Origin: Lytechinus pictus
Lineage: Eukaryota
Length of the DNA stretch: 64,000 nt
Assembly (NCBI RefSeq): GCF_037042905.1
Contig: NC_087252.1
Location: forward strand, 21,886,001-21,950,000
Direction: 5' to 3'
Both the position numbers and the translations under genes were made by a program. Below, one piece after another: positions 12,183-24,270 of this stretch (positions are counted from its first letter, which is position 1; the number at the start of each line of letters is the position of its first letter). The notes below the pieces were generated by a model that worked only from the letters and a program-made list of their open reading frames with translations, made no database searches and was not told the DNA's origin.

Positions 12183-13696
12183 TGTGACGGATTCGCTCGG
12201 CGGGCGTGGGTGGTCGGTCCGCCGGCAGCTCGCTCTTGTCAGGATGCCTGCCGCCGGCGGGTGACTTTTTTGCCACGTCGATTTCCAAACTTTAGTCGCG
12301 GATCCGTTTGGCAGAGATATACTGCCGCAGTTGACACTTGCACACGCCTCGATCCTGTCAGTACCACCACCAGGCAACCTCCAGACGGCTACACACTTTG
12401 TTGTCAGCTCCAACAGCTCACCCGACCATATGCATCTAGCTTGTGTAATTAAGCTCTCACGACCATATGTATCTGATTCCTGTAATTAAGCTATCTCGAC
12501 CATAGGTATGGGTTTCTCCGTAGTCAAGCTCCCACGACCATACCCATGGACTTTGGTAATTTCCTCCGTCGTCTGCTTACGACCAGTTAATACGTCTGTT
12601 CAGTACAGCGACCACGTCAGCTTCCGTACTGCAACCACGTCTGATTCCGTACTGCAACCAGGTCTGTTCAGTACAGCAACCATGCACGTCTGATTCCGTA
12701 CTGCAACCACGTCTGTTCAGTACCGCAACCACGTCTGATACCGTACTGCAACACCGTCTGTTCAGCACTGCAACCACGTCTGTTCAGTACCACGACCACG
12801 TCTGATTTCGTATTGCAACCAGTGACATCTGTTCAGTACCGGAAACTACGTCTGGTTCTTCGACCATATGTATGGGTCCTTCTGCAGTCAGGCTCTCACG
12901 ACCATACCCATTGGCTCTGCTCTACTTGTAGTTTTCACCGTTGTCTGCTCCGGACCTCCGACCGTCTGCTTCAGACCAGCAACCATCCGCTTCAGACCAA
13001 CCCGTCTGCTCCGGACCACCAGCCGTCTGCTCCAGGCTCCGAACCGTCCGCCTCCAGACCAACCAGACTACCAAAAGAGCAAGCCCTGGTATAGTCTCTT
13101 GCTGGCGTGCAAAAGACCCAACACACAAGGAAATCTAACCACAGTCGTCGCCTAGGACTACAAATCCATCCTAGGTTTCCCCGTGGAAAGACATGCGAAC
13201 GATCATATAAATCATTTCGATCGCATCCACCAACTTTATTTATTGGTTAGCGAATCCAAATCAATCTGCATACTTTACGTGCAATGCACCCCGTGGGCGC
13301 CGTATTTCAACAGATTATCGGCAAAGCCTCACGAGTACACCAACTTACTGTACTTATGCATTAATTACCGGGATTAATTATACAATATCTGTTATAGTTA
13401 ACCTCTGTTACAATCTTAGAACAGCTATAACTTTGCTCTCCAAAACCGGATATGCATGAATGACATATCAAATTAAAGCATTTATTTAGATCAAGCTAGT
13501 GATAACCACAATAATCAGTTAAACATCTCCAGGAAATTGTTATTCCACAAAAACGGTTCAAAACATGCATAACTTTCATGTTCTTATCTACGTCATTATT
13601 AGTGTAGAAACATGCATGTAATATCACCAGCTACGAAAAAAACATTATAAATCAACCAAAGATAATTTTCTAACACGAAATAAAACCTATTTCGTG

Positions 13697-13699
<3 letters not shown>
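12183..13699. mobile_element. Solo-LTR-like element (TGTGACG...CGTGACA) with internal minisatellite
   Basis: TG..CA termini with short imperfect inverted ends; atat on both flanks; internal ~22-bp repeats accacgtctg(ttca/attcc)gtactgca at 12590-12850; absent from other units. Confidence 0.6.
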
Positions 13700-13731
<32 letters not shown>

Positions 13732-13855
13732 TAAATAGGTTCATTCTTGCGGACTGAAATAATCGCTAGAGGGTATTCATTTGTCTAGCAATCTACTATG
13801 GTCAACAAGGAAATTCGTGATCACTCTCGCAAAAAGTGTTCACTAGCTTACAAGT

Positions 13856-13896
13856 TCACGAGCTTTCGAGTGCCGCTGCAACTCTTTATCAAGTGA
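13856..13896 (-). ncRNA. Second hammerhead-like motif, in the inverted pLTR
   Basis: Reverse complement reads TCACTTGATAAAGAGTTGCAGCGGCACTCGAAAGCTCGTGA, with a better-paired stem II. Confidence 0.6.
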
Positions 13897-13972
13897 CGAA
13901 AATTATCTGATATTAAACGTAGTCTATTTATACCAGTCCCCAGGACCGTACGCACGAACGCGGGAACAATAG

Positions 13973-15103
13973 GTGGGCGCTGATCCATTGTGTGACTGGT
14001 CGGGCGTTTCACCAATCAGCCCAGTCTCAGCGGTTGTGGCTAACCTATATATGGAAGGTTTTGAACAGAACGCCTTGCCCAAGTGTCCTTCCACATGCCG
14101 CCCTCGGGTGTGGAAGAGATATGTCGATGACACTTTCATAATTGTAAATAGTTCCGAAACAGACAGCCTACTCGCATGCATGAATAGCCAGCAACCGTCC
14201 ATCCAGTTCAATCTGGAGACTGAGCAAGGAGGGAAATTAGCATTCCTTGACACGCTAGTCCAAAGACACGAGGGCGGGAAACTCTCCACCTCTGTCTACC
14301 GCAAGCCCACTCATACAGACCAATACATACCATATGATTCCCACCACGACAAATCGGTCAAGAAGGGTCTTGTCAAATGCCTGTTCGACAGAGCAGCACG
14401 TATTATAACTCACCCACCTGAACTCCCGAAAGAAAGAGCACACATACGTGGCGCATTATACAGTAACGGCTACCCACGCCGTTTTATCGAGAACACTTTC
14501 AAGAAGAAACATCCGCCAAGGGATCAGAAGGTTTTCAAGACATGCACAGTCTTGCCATTCATAAATGGTCTTTCACCACAACTCAAACGCCGATTAGAAG
14601 GTCACGGTATCCGAACGATTTTCCGCTCGGACACCACCCTACACAAACAGCTTGTACACCCCAAAGACCCCATCCCTGATCAGAGACGTGATGGCGTAGT
14701 ATACAACATTCCTTGCCAGGGATGTGACGGGTCTTACATCGGTGAAACAGCCCGACCGATAGTTGAACGCATTTCTGAACACAAGCGCGATGTTCGGTTA
14801 CAGCGAACCGACACATCCGCGGTGGCAGAACATGCTTGGGATAAGCAACACCACCCAGATTTGGAGGGTGTACATTGCGTTGCCAAAGAGAGACATTGGT
14901 ATACACGCAGGATTAAGGAGGCTATTAGTATACGTCTTTGTCCTAACAACTTCAACAGAGACAGCGGGATCGACATCCCCGATTTCTGGATGCGAACCAT
15001 TCGACAGCACAATACCCCCTTACCTGGCAGTGCACGCCGACCCGATCGTTCCCGGCCCCGATCGAGGGACCGCTCAGCTAGTCAACCCCCACCCACGGGA
15101 TAA
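13973..15103 (+). CDS. Penelope-like RT C-terminal part plus GIY-YIG endonuclease (truncated; N-terminal residues derive from the inverted pLTR)
   Basis: SPVSAVVANLYME, WKRYVDDTF, LAFLD, VYRKPTHTDQY, GVVYNIPCQGC..YIGET..RISEH. Confidence 0.88.
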   Translation: MGADPLCDWSGVSPISPVSAVVANLYMEGFEQNALPKCPSTCRPRVWKRYVDDTFIIVNSSETDSLLACMNSQQPSIQFNLETEQGGKLAFLDTLVQRHEGGKLSTSVYRKPTHTDQYIPYDSHHDKSVKKGLVKCLFDRAARIITHPPELPKERAHIRGALYSNGYPRRFIENTFKKKHPPRDQKVFKTCTVLPFINGLSPQLKRRLEGHGIRTIFRSDTTLHKQLVHPKDPIPDQRRDGVVYNIPCQGCDGSYIGETARPIVERISEHKRDVRLQRTDTSAVAEHAWDKQHHPDLEGVHCVAKERHWYTRRIKEAISIRLCPNNFNRDSGIDIPDFWMRTIRQHNTPLPGSARRPDRSRPRSRDRSASQPPPTG

Positions 15104-15411
15104 TAGCGAGCCCGCCAATTTTGTCTTATTTGCATATTGCCGACTCACGGCGTATTTGCATATACCTCAGGCTTATATACGGATCACCGGCCGCACCGTA
15201 CACCGACGCGCTGATTGGTGAAACGCCCGACCAATCACACAACGGATCAGTGCCCTCCTATTGTTCCCGCGTTTGTGCGTACGGTCCTGGGGACTGGTAT
15301 AAATAGACTACGTTTTTTGGGGAAAAAAGGAAAGCAATTTTACAAGGCAACGATAGTCAAAACTGACTAGTTTGCCTTTTCAAAATAACAACAACAACAA
15401 CATTATTTTCG

Positions 15412-15452
15412 TCACTTGATAAAGAGTTGCAGCGGCACTTGAAAGCTCGTGA
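15412..15452 (+). ncRNA. Minimal hammerhead-ribozyme-like motif in the Penelope pLTR
   Basis: TCAC-TTGATAA-AGAGTTGC-AGCG-GCACTT-GAAA-GCTC-GTGA: stem I TCAC/GTGA, variant core, stem II, GAAA, palindromic AGCT. Confidence 0.6.
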
Positions 15453-17135
15453 ACTTGTAAGCTAGTAAGCACTTTTTGCGAGAGTGATCACGAATTTCCT
15501 AGAAAGCTAGTGAACACTTTTTGCGAGAGTGATCACGAATTTCCTTGTTGACCATAGTAGATTGCGAGACAAATGAATACCCTCTAGCGATTATATATAT
15601 ATATATATATTTGCGAGCGAGCAAAAATTTGGATATTGTTATTTTAAAGATCAAATTTTGGGATAGATTTTTACATAATATTCAGAAAATTATATTGTAT
15701 TTCACGCTTCTCTCTTTCCTTTTCTGTTTTTCTTAACGCCACTGTGAACATGATTTTTTTTCATTGTTCTCGAGCATACCAGCAAAGCTCCATGTGGCAG
15801 TAGCATAAGTGAGTAAAAAAGGAGGGGCACATTAAGGCACATGTGGCAAAAACATGCCTAATATAAGTCCCGAGCGAGCGAAGTGGGCGAAAAAAAATCA
15901 CCTTTTCATGAGAATCTAACTTTGAGAAAGATTTTGGCATGATATTCAGAAAATAACACAATATATATTTCACTTTTCCTATGCTTTTCTTTCCTCATTT
16001 TTCTCTTTTGTTCTTGGATGTAGAACTTTTGTGCCATACCACAAACCTTTCCATCTCTATGCCACTGCTATTCGGGTGGGGTCCGGGGGTAGAGCCCCCG
16101 GAAACCCTTGATTCTAAAGCCATTTTAAACCTTACAGATGGCCACTATTTTTAATCAAATTGCGGGTTTAGTTTTTAGACAAGGCATTAATTCAACGCAG
16201 TTGCGTAATAAACAAAATATTTTGAGGGGCACAACACAGCAAATGCGGGAAAATTAGTAAAATTCGCCACCGAGCTAAAAATTGATTTTGCCTTTTGGAA
16301 TGAAATTCTAATTACGTGATAGATTTTTCATTATATTCAATTAAATAACATATTTCATTGTTTCCCATTCATTCGATTTTGGTGGCAGCACTGTATAAGA
16401 CTTGGTTCTTCTAAGCTGTCTCCACATTCTTATATTGATATTTTGTTTATTACTATGTATATTTATGTGTTTTTATGAATGAAATAAATTGAAATAGAAT
16501 TTCTTTGCCTCCTTTATGTTCTTTTGTTTCCCCGTGGCTGTGGAACCACGCCTGCACCCCCCTCCCCCTGTACTTCAATAATTGAAGTACATGAAACAGG
16601 AAAGGTGCATACAGGGGTCCGTTATAGAGCCCTTTAATTGTAACAGATGAAGAGCCCCTACTGAATTGGGTCTGGGGCAGCTACCGTATGATGGATATGT
16701 CTAATCCTTGGCTAACCATTTTGTCTTAATTGCACCCCTTATTGTGTAAAATTTAGCGAGCTTGTAATATACTTCATATACAATCATGCCATCCATCTTT
16801 CTTGCCACTCTTCATTTCCAATCCTCGGCAGCGCGTTCGTGTTTTAGCTTCCCTTTTTTTTCGAAGTCCCTTTTCTTCATCTTCCAATTGAGCTTTTGGC
16901 TCATTGCATTTTTACCTTCCCGCTTTTGTTTACTATTATTTTATTTCCCTTTCTTATTAATATAGTATTAGTATTTCGGAATGGTGCTTTCTTACATGTC
17001 CTTCTTTACTTCCTTTTCCCGCTTTCCTTCCGTTTTCCCTCTTTATGTTTTTTTCTATTATTTCCCCCTTTTCCCTTTTCTTCCCTTTTTTCTTTCTTTC
17101 TTTTCCCCGTTTTTGTATTATCCCGGTGAATTTCC

Positions 17136-17500
17136 ATCATTATCACCATCACCACCAACATTATCATCATCATCGTCAACAATAATCAATCATATTCATC
17201 ACCATCATCCTCCTTATCATCACTGCTATCACCATTACCATCATTATTACCGTCACCATTACCACCTATATTATCATCATCATCATCACTATCAGCATCC
17301 TCATCATCCTCATCACCATCATCATCCTTATCATCATCACTACCATCACCAATACCATCACCATTACTATCACCATTACCACCAACATTTTCGTCATCAG
17401 GGTCATCATCACTATCAGCATCATCAGCAACGGCTTCCACACCAAGCACTGACAACGACATCAACAACAATGTTCATAATCTGTATCATCATCGCCGTCG
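17136..17500. repeat. (CAT/CAC)n low-complexity block, unit 1
   Basis: Homologous blocks at ~29850-30620, ~46090-46650 and ~58410-59260, which contain N runs. Confidence 0.9.
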
Positions 17501-18099
17501 TCTAGAAATCAGCACAAATACCGTCACAACCAATATCTTCTTTTATCTACGAATACAGATGTCGAAGTCAAAAGGAGGTCCAATGAAGAAAAGAAAGAAT
17601 TTTTTTAGGAAAGGATCGACAAGGAGAAGAAAAGGATTGACGGGGGATTTGATGATAAAGTGTAAAAAAGATAAGAACAAGATGATCAATTAAACAAATA
17701 ATATATCATACTGAGAGTATTTTGATTACTATTTTTAATATAGAGTGAAGTTCGTTCATTATGTCAAATTATGCGGGAGTGATGTGGTCTTGATAATGAT
17801 ACGGAGTTTGTTCTTCATGACTTTATAACATAGATGTAACATAAAATCTAAATATACTATACTGTCTATACAATATACGTGTATGCATTATCCAAGCATT
17901 GTCTTGTCATTGCACAAGATACATTTATCATGTGAGCCCGAAATATATAACAAAAAAGAGTATTTGAATTAATACACTTTGAACTAAAATATTAATAAAA
18001 AAATGTAAAATAAAGATGGATCTCAACATATAAAATCATCTTCCAAACATGCAATGTGGGGGGGGGGGGGGGTTAATAACCATTACCATTTTCAATCTA

Positions 18100-18380
18100 C
18101 ACTGTTAGATAATTTATCCTTAAAATAAACGAAGTTTCTACAGCAGAGTATCGAAAACACCTGTAATCTTACCAGATTGCGTAATCTTACAGGAAATTGG
18201 TATTTGGTGTATGGAATCTTACAAATTTCCTTAAATAAAACACCCTTTTCCCCTTTTTAAACAGACCTGTTCTGTTAAATTGCAGAAAAATTCCTGTTTT
18301 ATGAATTTATAGAATGATTCTGTTATTGCTTTCTGCAAAATCTTCTTTTTTCCCTGTAAAATAAGGTTTTTTTAACAGTG
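18100..18380. mobile_element. TA-flanked MITE (CACTGTTA..TAACAGTG), Tc1/mariner-like
   Basis: TIRs with TA on both sides; also at 47246-47523 and 59860-60138; empty site at ~31230. Confidence 0.8.
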
Positions 18381-18937
18381 TATACCGTTGTCTATATAAT
18401 TTCATACCCGACAAACCAGCAGGCAATTTTCACAAGTATAGCATATATATATAATGAACAAATCCTTTTATAGTTGATTTCGTAGCTGTAACTCAATGGG
18501 AGTAATGAAAGAAATCACTACATTACAGATATACCCATATAAATAGGTACCTCACTTAAGTGTGCTACTTACCTCACTTTGTGTTTGTGACATACTAATG
18601 CCGATACAATCAATACGAAGTTCATTTTTACTTTCCTCTAAAATCAACAACATGATATGATGTATAATGGTTTAATTTTTATTGAGCAATAAATTATTCA
18701 CAATAAGAACTTCAATATCTAGAGTTATAGAACTTTAAAAAAGATTTCCCAAACAGGAGAGTTAATTAGATATAAGTGTATTTTTAAATCCAATTTGCTA
18801 TTACCGTTTAGAACCTTACCGGTCGTTCTCAGGAGCTATAGGACACTGAGAATCGTAAGATTCAGTCAATTGATAATCAGACTTCAAATTACAAATGCAA
18901 CGATTCCAAACCCGCCATAATTAAATGAAACAGAGGA

Positions 18938-19243
18938 CTATTTGCCTCTGCAGTACCGGATAGGGTGGCGGATCAAACCGAATACGGTTTTCCGAAACAG
19001 CGGCTGCGAGACAACGTAGCAAAGCGGATTAAGTAAGCTATTCACGTAGACCAGCCAACCGGGTACCAAATGCGCCCAGTCAGGAAGCCGCGGATAGATG
19101 AATGTCGGTTCAATTGAGTAGATAAAGGAGATGACAGAAACTGGAAACCAGGTAATAAAGAAAGCGATGACGATGAAGAGGAGTGTCTTTGTGGCGCTGC
19201 GAACCTCGGATGCTGATTCACGCTTGACTGCTTTCTGACCACC
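18938..19243 (-). CDS. Class A GPCR gene B1, exon 2 (TM6-TM7); not in the ORF track because it has no start codon
   Basis: Acceptor ccactag|GGT; GGQKAVKRESASEVRSATKTLLFIVIAFFITWFPVS..VNSLLNPLCYVVSQPLFRKTV..YCRGK*. Confidence 0.9.
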   Translation of the reverse strand, partial: GGQKAVKRESASEVRSATKTLLFIVIAFFITWFPVSVISFIYSIEPTFIYPRLPDWAHLVPGWLVYVNSLLNPLCYVVSQPLFRKTVFGLIRHPIRYCRGK

Positions 19244-19429
19244 CTAGTGGGGAAAATATTCATAGATAAAAATAAAAGTCATGAATTTCATATAAACATA
19301 CCGCGTGGAGATTGTATGGTGTCAGCTTACATGCGGGACGTTACAACATTGGTTTATACGTGTATGTAATAACTGATTCTGTGCATCACCAGGATAAAGA
19401 GTGTGATAATAACAATAGTAATGATATGT

Positions 19430-19680
19430 AACATTTGTATAGCGCTTAATACCAATGTTTCAAAGCGCTGCATACTATTTACCCCGGATTTTGCACGGCT
19501 ACCCTGATCGGACGTTCGAGCATTCAAGGAATTCCTTCCTACCATGAAGGCCTACCCGTTTACTTCACCTGGGTGGAGAGTGACAAATGTAGATAAATGC
19601 CTTGCCAAAGGACGGGTATGGGGATTCGAACCTCAGACCTTGTAGTTCAAATTCATGAGACTTATCCACTGAGACGCCAT
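19430..19680 (-). mobile_element. Older tRNA-derived SINE in the B-gene intron
   Basis: Minus-strand B-box ggttcgaatccc, core cacccaggtg..gggta..ggaag and tail gcgctatacaaat; copies at ~32670-32920, ~48600-48850 and ~61215-61465. Confidence 0.7.
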
Positions 19681-20439
19681 ACCTCTACATGAATTAACTT
19701 TTATGACTAATTATGGCTACGCAATGCTCTGTGTATTCAATTCATTGCTTAACTATGGAAAGACCTTTGCAGGGATGTACTTTAGGGCGGCCTCAAGGCC
19801 AAATTTTGCCGTCCTTAGCCTCGGCCACGAGCGTATGGGAGAAGGCTTTCTCCAGCCGCCTCGTGACACGGAAGTACCGGCCTTGACTACATCCCTGGTT
19901 CTGTGTTAACATGATTAAGATCACTGTCATTTTTATCCCAAGAAGCCAATCTTTTGTTTTTGGAATTGCAACTTTGAGTACATGAACGAGTAAAGGAGTG
20001 TACCATATACCGGGGTTGCTTTCAAGACATTGAAAACCCTCGATCGAAGTTTGTGCCTTGTTTATCAAGTCGACTTGTTCTTCCTTTTTATGGAGCCAAT
20101 TTTTATATGGTGGCATGAAAAGCATGGAGATGGAATGCGATTGATTTTTGCCTATGCAGGGATGACTACGCTCTTGGAATTGCATTGTCTTCTGACGTAC
20201 CGTATCCAAACACAGGGCTGTACACTCCCTTACGAATACGAAAGAACGGAATTATGAATGATTATGCTGACCCGTAGACACATACGGTTCTCAAGTAGGG
20301 GATTCGACCCCTTTCACTTCCTTCCCCTTTTCCTCCCCATATTTTTCTTGTTTTTGAAATTTTTCAAGTAAGGGACTCGCTCGAACCCCCGGAACAACCC
20401 CCGGCTACGGGCTTTGATGTGGAATTAATGAATACTCAC

Positions 20440-21219
20440 AGATTCTATGGTAGTAATGGGGCCTTCTTTGGAATCACCAGCGTCGTCACCACCGTCCGAT
20501 TTGCTCTGCCGCGACCATGAAGTGTCCCTATTAAATTCTTCGCCGATGTGTTTTCTACCGGCTATCTTTTGGATCTTCACGAAGATCCGCACATAGATTA
20601 TCAGCATGATTGTGAAAGGGATGATGAACCGGATGAATACTGGTACTATCTGGCCGATCGGGTTCACGAAATGCCAAACGATGCAGCCGGAAGTGTTGTT
20701 GAAGTCCATGACGAAGTCGGGAATCGTCGAAAAACCGAACCAGAATAGGATCGATGCAGCCCAAACGGAAATATTTGCGTAGATCGCCTTTCGCTTGCTC
20801 CTGGTGGTGAAATGCCCGATGGGATCGTAGGTTGCTCGGTGTCTATCAATGCAGATAGTGATGATGATCAGATTTGATACAAACTGGACGCTGCTGAAGA
20901 CACCGTAGAAGATCCGGCACGAGTTGTTACCCGGGAATGGGAATCGTCTAAAATAGGTGTGCAAGGATGTCACGATGATGACAAACCCAAAGAGAAAGTC
21001 CGAGATCGCAAGGTTTATGATGAAGTAGTTGTTGTAGCCACGGAGTCGTTTTTCGACGGCAAATGCTGCCAGGCTGAGACCATTGGTCGTGATGATAAGG
21101 GCCACTAGGAGCAGCGGTAGGAGTAGGGCGTGGAGACCTCGTCTCTCATCATCCGTTTCCGTCGCTACTGTTTCTTGTTGCTCCTGAAAAACTTCGGTCG
21201 TATTCCCGTCCGCGTACAT
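20440..21219 (-). CDS. Class A GPCR gene B1, exon 1 (N-term-TM5), ~361 aa spliced
   Basis: ATG at 21219 (MYADGNTT; the ORF-track start is a GTG); NNYFIINLAISDF, DRH, FIIPF; donor TCT|GTGAGT; 780 nt. Confidence 0.92.
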
Positions 21220-21538
21220 GACTCTCACTACGGAGCTGGAAATTATGTTTCTAAATTTTTGAATTTTACTAGTGGCACTATAATCGTTGCATGAAGGATA
21301 ACTTACTACTGTTAGATTCTTATCAAACCCAATACAAATATGGCTACATGCTCTTGCTGACCGTCACTCAAGGTAGTACTTCGATACTAAAATGCTTTGA
21401 CTTATATACGAGGCAGTTTCCCTTGAAAGCAATATCATTCAAGGCGGTATCTTTTGATATGGATATCACTTTTTCAATAGATAGTTAGAATAAAAAGATT
21501 CAGTGACGAAAGGTACTATTTCATTGTAAGATATTGAG

Positions 21539-21718
21539 TAGAAGCGTTATGTATAACACGGTAGGAGATAAGTGGTTGTGTAACTATATCGATCTTTTGG
21601 TTAATAAAGGTACACTGTACAGGCCTGCGTAGAAGCGTTATGTATAACACGGTAGGAGATAAGTGGTTGTGTAACTATATCGATCTGTTGGTTAATAAAG
21701 GTACACTGTACAGGCATG
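21539..21718. repeat. ~90-bp direct tandem duplication specific to unit 1
   Basis: gtagaagcgttatgtataacacgg..acactgtacaggc occurs twice; single in other units. Confidence 0.85.
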
Positions 21719-23464
21719 CGTGTATTGAGGACACGATAATATAGGCCTATAGATATCTTAAAGGATACCACATGGGATAAATCAATAGTTCATAAATCAT
21801 AAGAACATTGAGAACAGAAGAAGATACAGTGCAGTGAACAGAGGCATAGTGAGCCAAATACTAGGACCGCAGCATGGCGTATGTCTGAGGAAAGGTTTCT
21901 AAAGGATCAGGAACAAATAAAGAGAGAAAGTGAAAATATTTGCCTTTTTAAAATAGAATTCTTAATTTTGATAAATGTTGACATGGTATTAATAACGTTG
22001 AAATATTATCACACGTCACCATTTCATTCCCCTTCCCGGCCGCGTCAGACCAAAAGATGGGAGTTGCTGCTACCCTCGTCGATCTGGCTCTACACAGCGG
22101 TTGCCGGGCCGACGATCAATATTGGGCAAAGTGAATTTTCGGAGTATTCCATTACATGTCTATTTCGAAAAATAAAATACGGAATTTTATCTTTTCTTTT
22201 CTTGTTCGTAAAACTTTGGGGGCCAGCGCCCCAATGCCCCCGTATCTATACAGCAGCGATATCGACGTGTCCCTGATTAATTCATTCATCGCTTCTGACA
22301 AAAAGATATTTTGTTTCTACATGTATTAGGTATAATAGTGTTTATTTTCAACTGTTCTTACAAAGACGGTGGCCTACGCGAGAAAGTGCCTTTATTCACG
22401 CATTAAAGATGTTTTTATTTCCCTAGGAGAATGCAAAAAGAGAAAAGGCAAGTACATGTATCTCTATCTAACTGTCTAAGAATAATTTATTTTTAGCAAA
22501 GCAAGGCAAAGTATGGCAATGACATCAGGTGTTGGGTAACTAAAATCATTTTTGCCATGTAAGAACGCAACTATGCTTTCGTAACAACTTACCCTGGAAA
22601 CAGAAAGAGGTTATGACATACTTGCATTATGAATTTGAATGATATTGCACCCCAATGTTTTCTCTCTCTCAAATACCCTTTGTCTTTGACCACGCTGGAG
22701 AATGAATTTCGTGCAAAATAGACCATATATATTTCACGAGGATGGTGATGTGTTTTAATGATAATGGTAATGATGATGATGATGACGACAATGATGACGA
22801 TAGTGATGATAACATAAAGAAAGAAACGCTGTTATATGCATGTGAGGGAGTGATAAAAAGACTAGTACACATATTCTGATCTCGTGTTTACTTTAGAACT
22901 CTGGTCTAATTTTGTGGTTTAACTATGGATAGCCAATTGTGACACCAATCTCTAACATTACAGGTTCATTCCATAAGTACATTTGACATTAAAACCATTT
23001 ATAACTTTCTGGGGATGGCGAATAAAGGAAAGACAAAAGACCGCTGTAAACGTAAAAAACATGCAATGTAAAGATAATTTTGACATGTTCAACAAGTTAA
23101 GATTGCCTTCAGAAAACGGGCCATTGTGCGCCTGTGAGAGTGAGCACAAGGATATTAATCTATGGTTTATGTTACCCCATAAATCAAATTCTTTTTAAAA
23201 TACCAAACATATACCTGAATGATTACCAGAAATGTGTGTGTGTGTGTGTGAACATCGTACAACAAACCAAAAGTGTCTGGGCATTAATTCACCATAGAAC
23301 ACGATGTGAAACTATGATTTCGTGTTCATATTCATCTTTTATCTTAACAGAATGTGTGTCTAATAAGAAGTCCAAAAGATTCTACACTAGATTTTGAAAC
23401 TACGTTTTGTAATAAATCGTATTTCTGAGTCTATATCGTGGTAAAGCGGGTGGGGGTAATTATC

Positions 23465-23767
23465 CTAGCAACGACAATACCGGATAGGGCGGCAGAGCAA
23501 ACCAAATACGGTTTTCCTAAAGAGCGGTTGGGAGATGACGTAACAGATTGGATTGAGTAGACCGTTCACGTAAACGATCCAAATAGGTATCCAATAAGCC
23601 CAGAGGGGTATCCGCGGATAGCCGAGCGTTGGATCGATAGCGATGACAATCGACATAAGAGACATTGGGAACCACGTGATGAAGAAGGCCATGACGATGA
23701 AGAGTAGGGTCTTGGTGGCGCTTCGAACCTCTGAGGCCGACTCACGATTTGCGGCTTTCTGAACTCC
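23465..23767 (-). CDS. GPCR A2 exon 2
   Basis: ctctag|GGA acceptor; TWFP, NPICY, ends YCRC*. Confidence 0.9.
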   Translation of the reverse strand, partial: GVQKAANRESASEVRSATKTLLFIVMAFFITWFPMSLMSIVIAIDPTLGYPRIPLWAYWIPIWIVYVNGLLNPICYVISQPLFRKTVFGLLCRPIRYCRC

Positions 23768-24270
23768 CTAGAGAAAACGAACCGACAAAGGAACAAAAAG
23801 GCAGCTGTAAGTGAATAAAATTCATGAAGCAACTCAAGAAAATATTCAGTCAAGTACTCAATAAATTAAACGATAAAAAAACCAAGAAAATATATCTTTG
23901 AATGAAGAAAGAAATCAACAAGTGTGACACCTACTACAGTCCGGGCATACGTCCAGATGAATCGCAACAGAGAATTAAACAATTCTAAGATATGAGAATG
24001 TGTTAGCTATTATCGCCGATGGCATTGTCTTGAGAAATCAAAGTGAGTTATCGTGATGTCTTTTTTTCGCATAATTGGTGAGAGCACTATAAACCACTTT
24101 GTCTTAACTTTAATCATGGTGACTTGTGGACCAATCACTCATAAGTCTATTAAAGTGGCAATTATCTACTCCCCCAAACTTTGCAGACATGGCCTCTTCC
24201 GTAGTTTTCTTCATTATCGTTACTCATTTTATAAAATGATAAAAAATAGTATTTGTAAAAATAATTATAT

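Larger units (their letters stand above)
13761..15592 (+). mobile_element. 5'-truncated Penelope-like retroelement with inverted pLTR
   Basis: 13761-14021 is the reverse complement of 15210-15592 (minus small indels); sits in (TA)n; absent from other units. Confidence 0.9.
12090..15744. mobile_element. hAT-like MITE (CAGTGGCG..CGCCACTG) containing a (TA)n tract that hosts two nested insertions
   Basis: Flanks tgaacagg/tgaacatg (8-bp TSD); ~205-bp uninterrupted homologues at 27226-27430, 44059-44263 and 55820-56029 (perfect tgaacatg TSD in the last). Confidence 0.7.

Noticed and set aside
12590-12850. CRISPR-like periodic repeats (also 7810-8300 and 1215-2180)
   Set aside because: No unique spacers, degenerate units, eukaryotic context, no cas genes
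16981-17505. His-rich, Ile/Met-rich and Asp-rich ORFs (also 7342, 29812-30628, 46054-46654, 58372-59266)
   Set aside because: Translations of (CAT/GAT)n microsatellite, open in several frames; no domain signal
19042-19263. 73-aa ORF MNIFPTRVV.. repeated four times
   Set aside because: Alternative frame of GPCR B exon 2
19793-20209. 138-aa ORF in the B1-specific intron segment
   Set aside because: No recognisable motif; likely a chance ORF or TE debris
21881-22276. ORF recurring in each unit (also 34526, 50577, 63132)
   Set aside because: Recurrence is explained by segmental duplication; it overlaps a SINE-like remnant and its starts and indels vary
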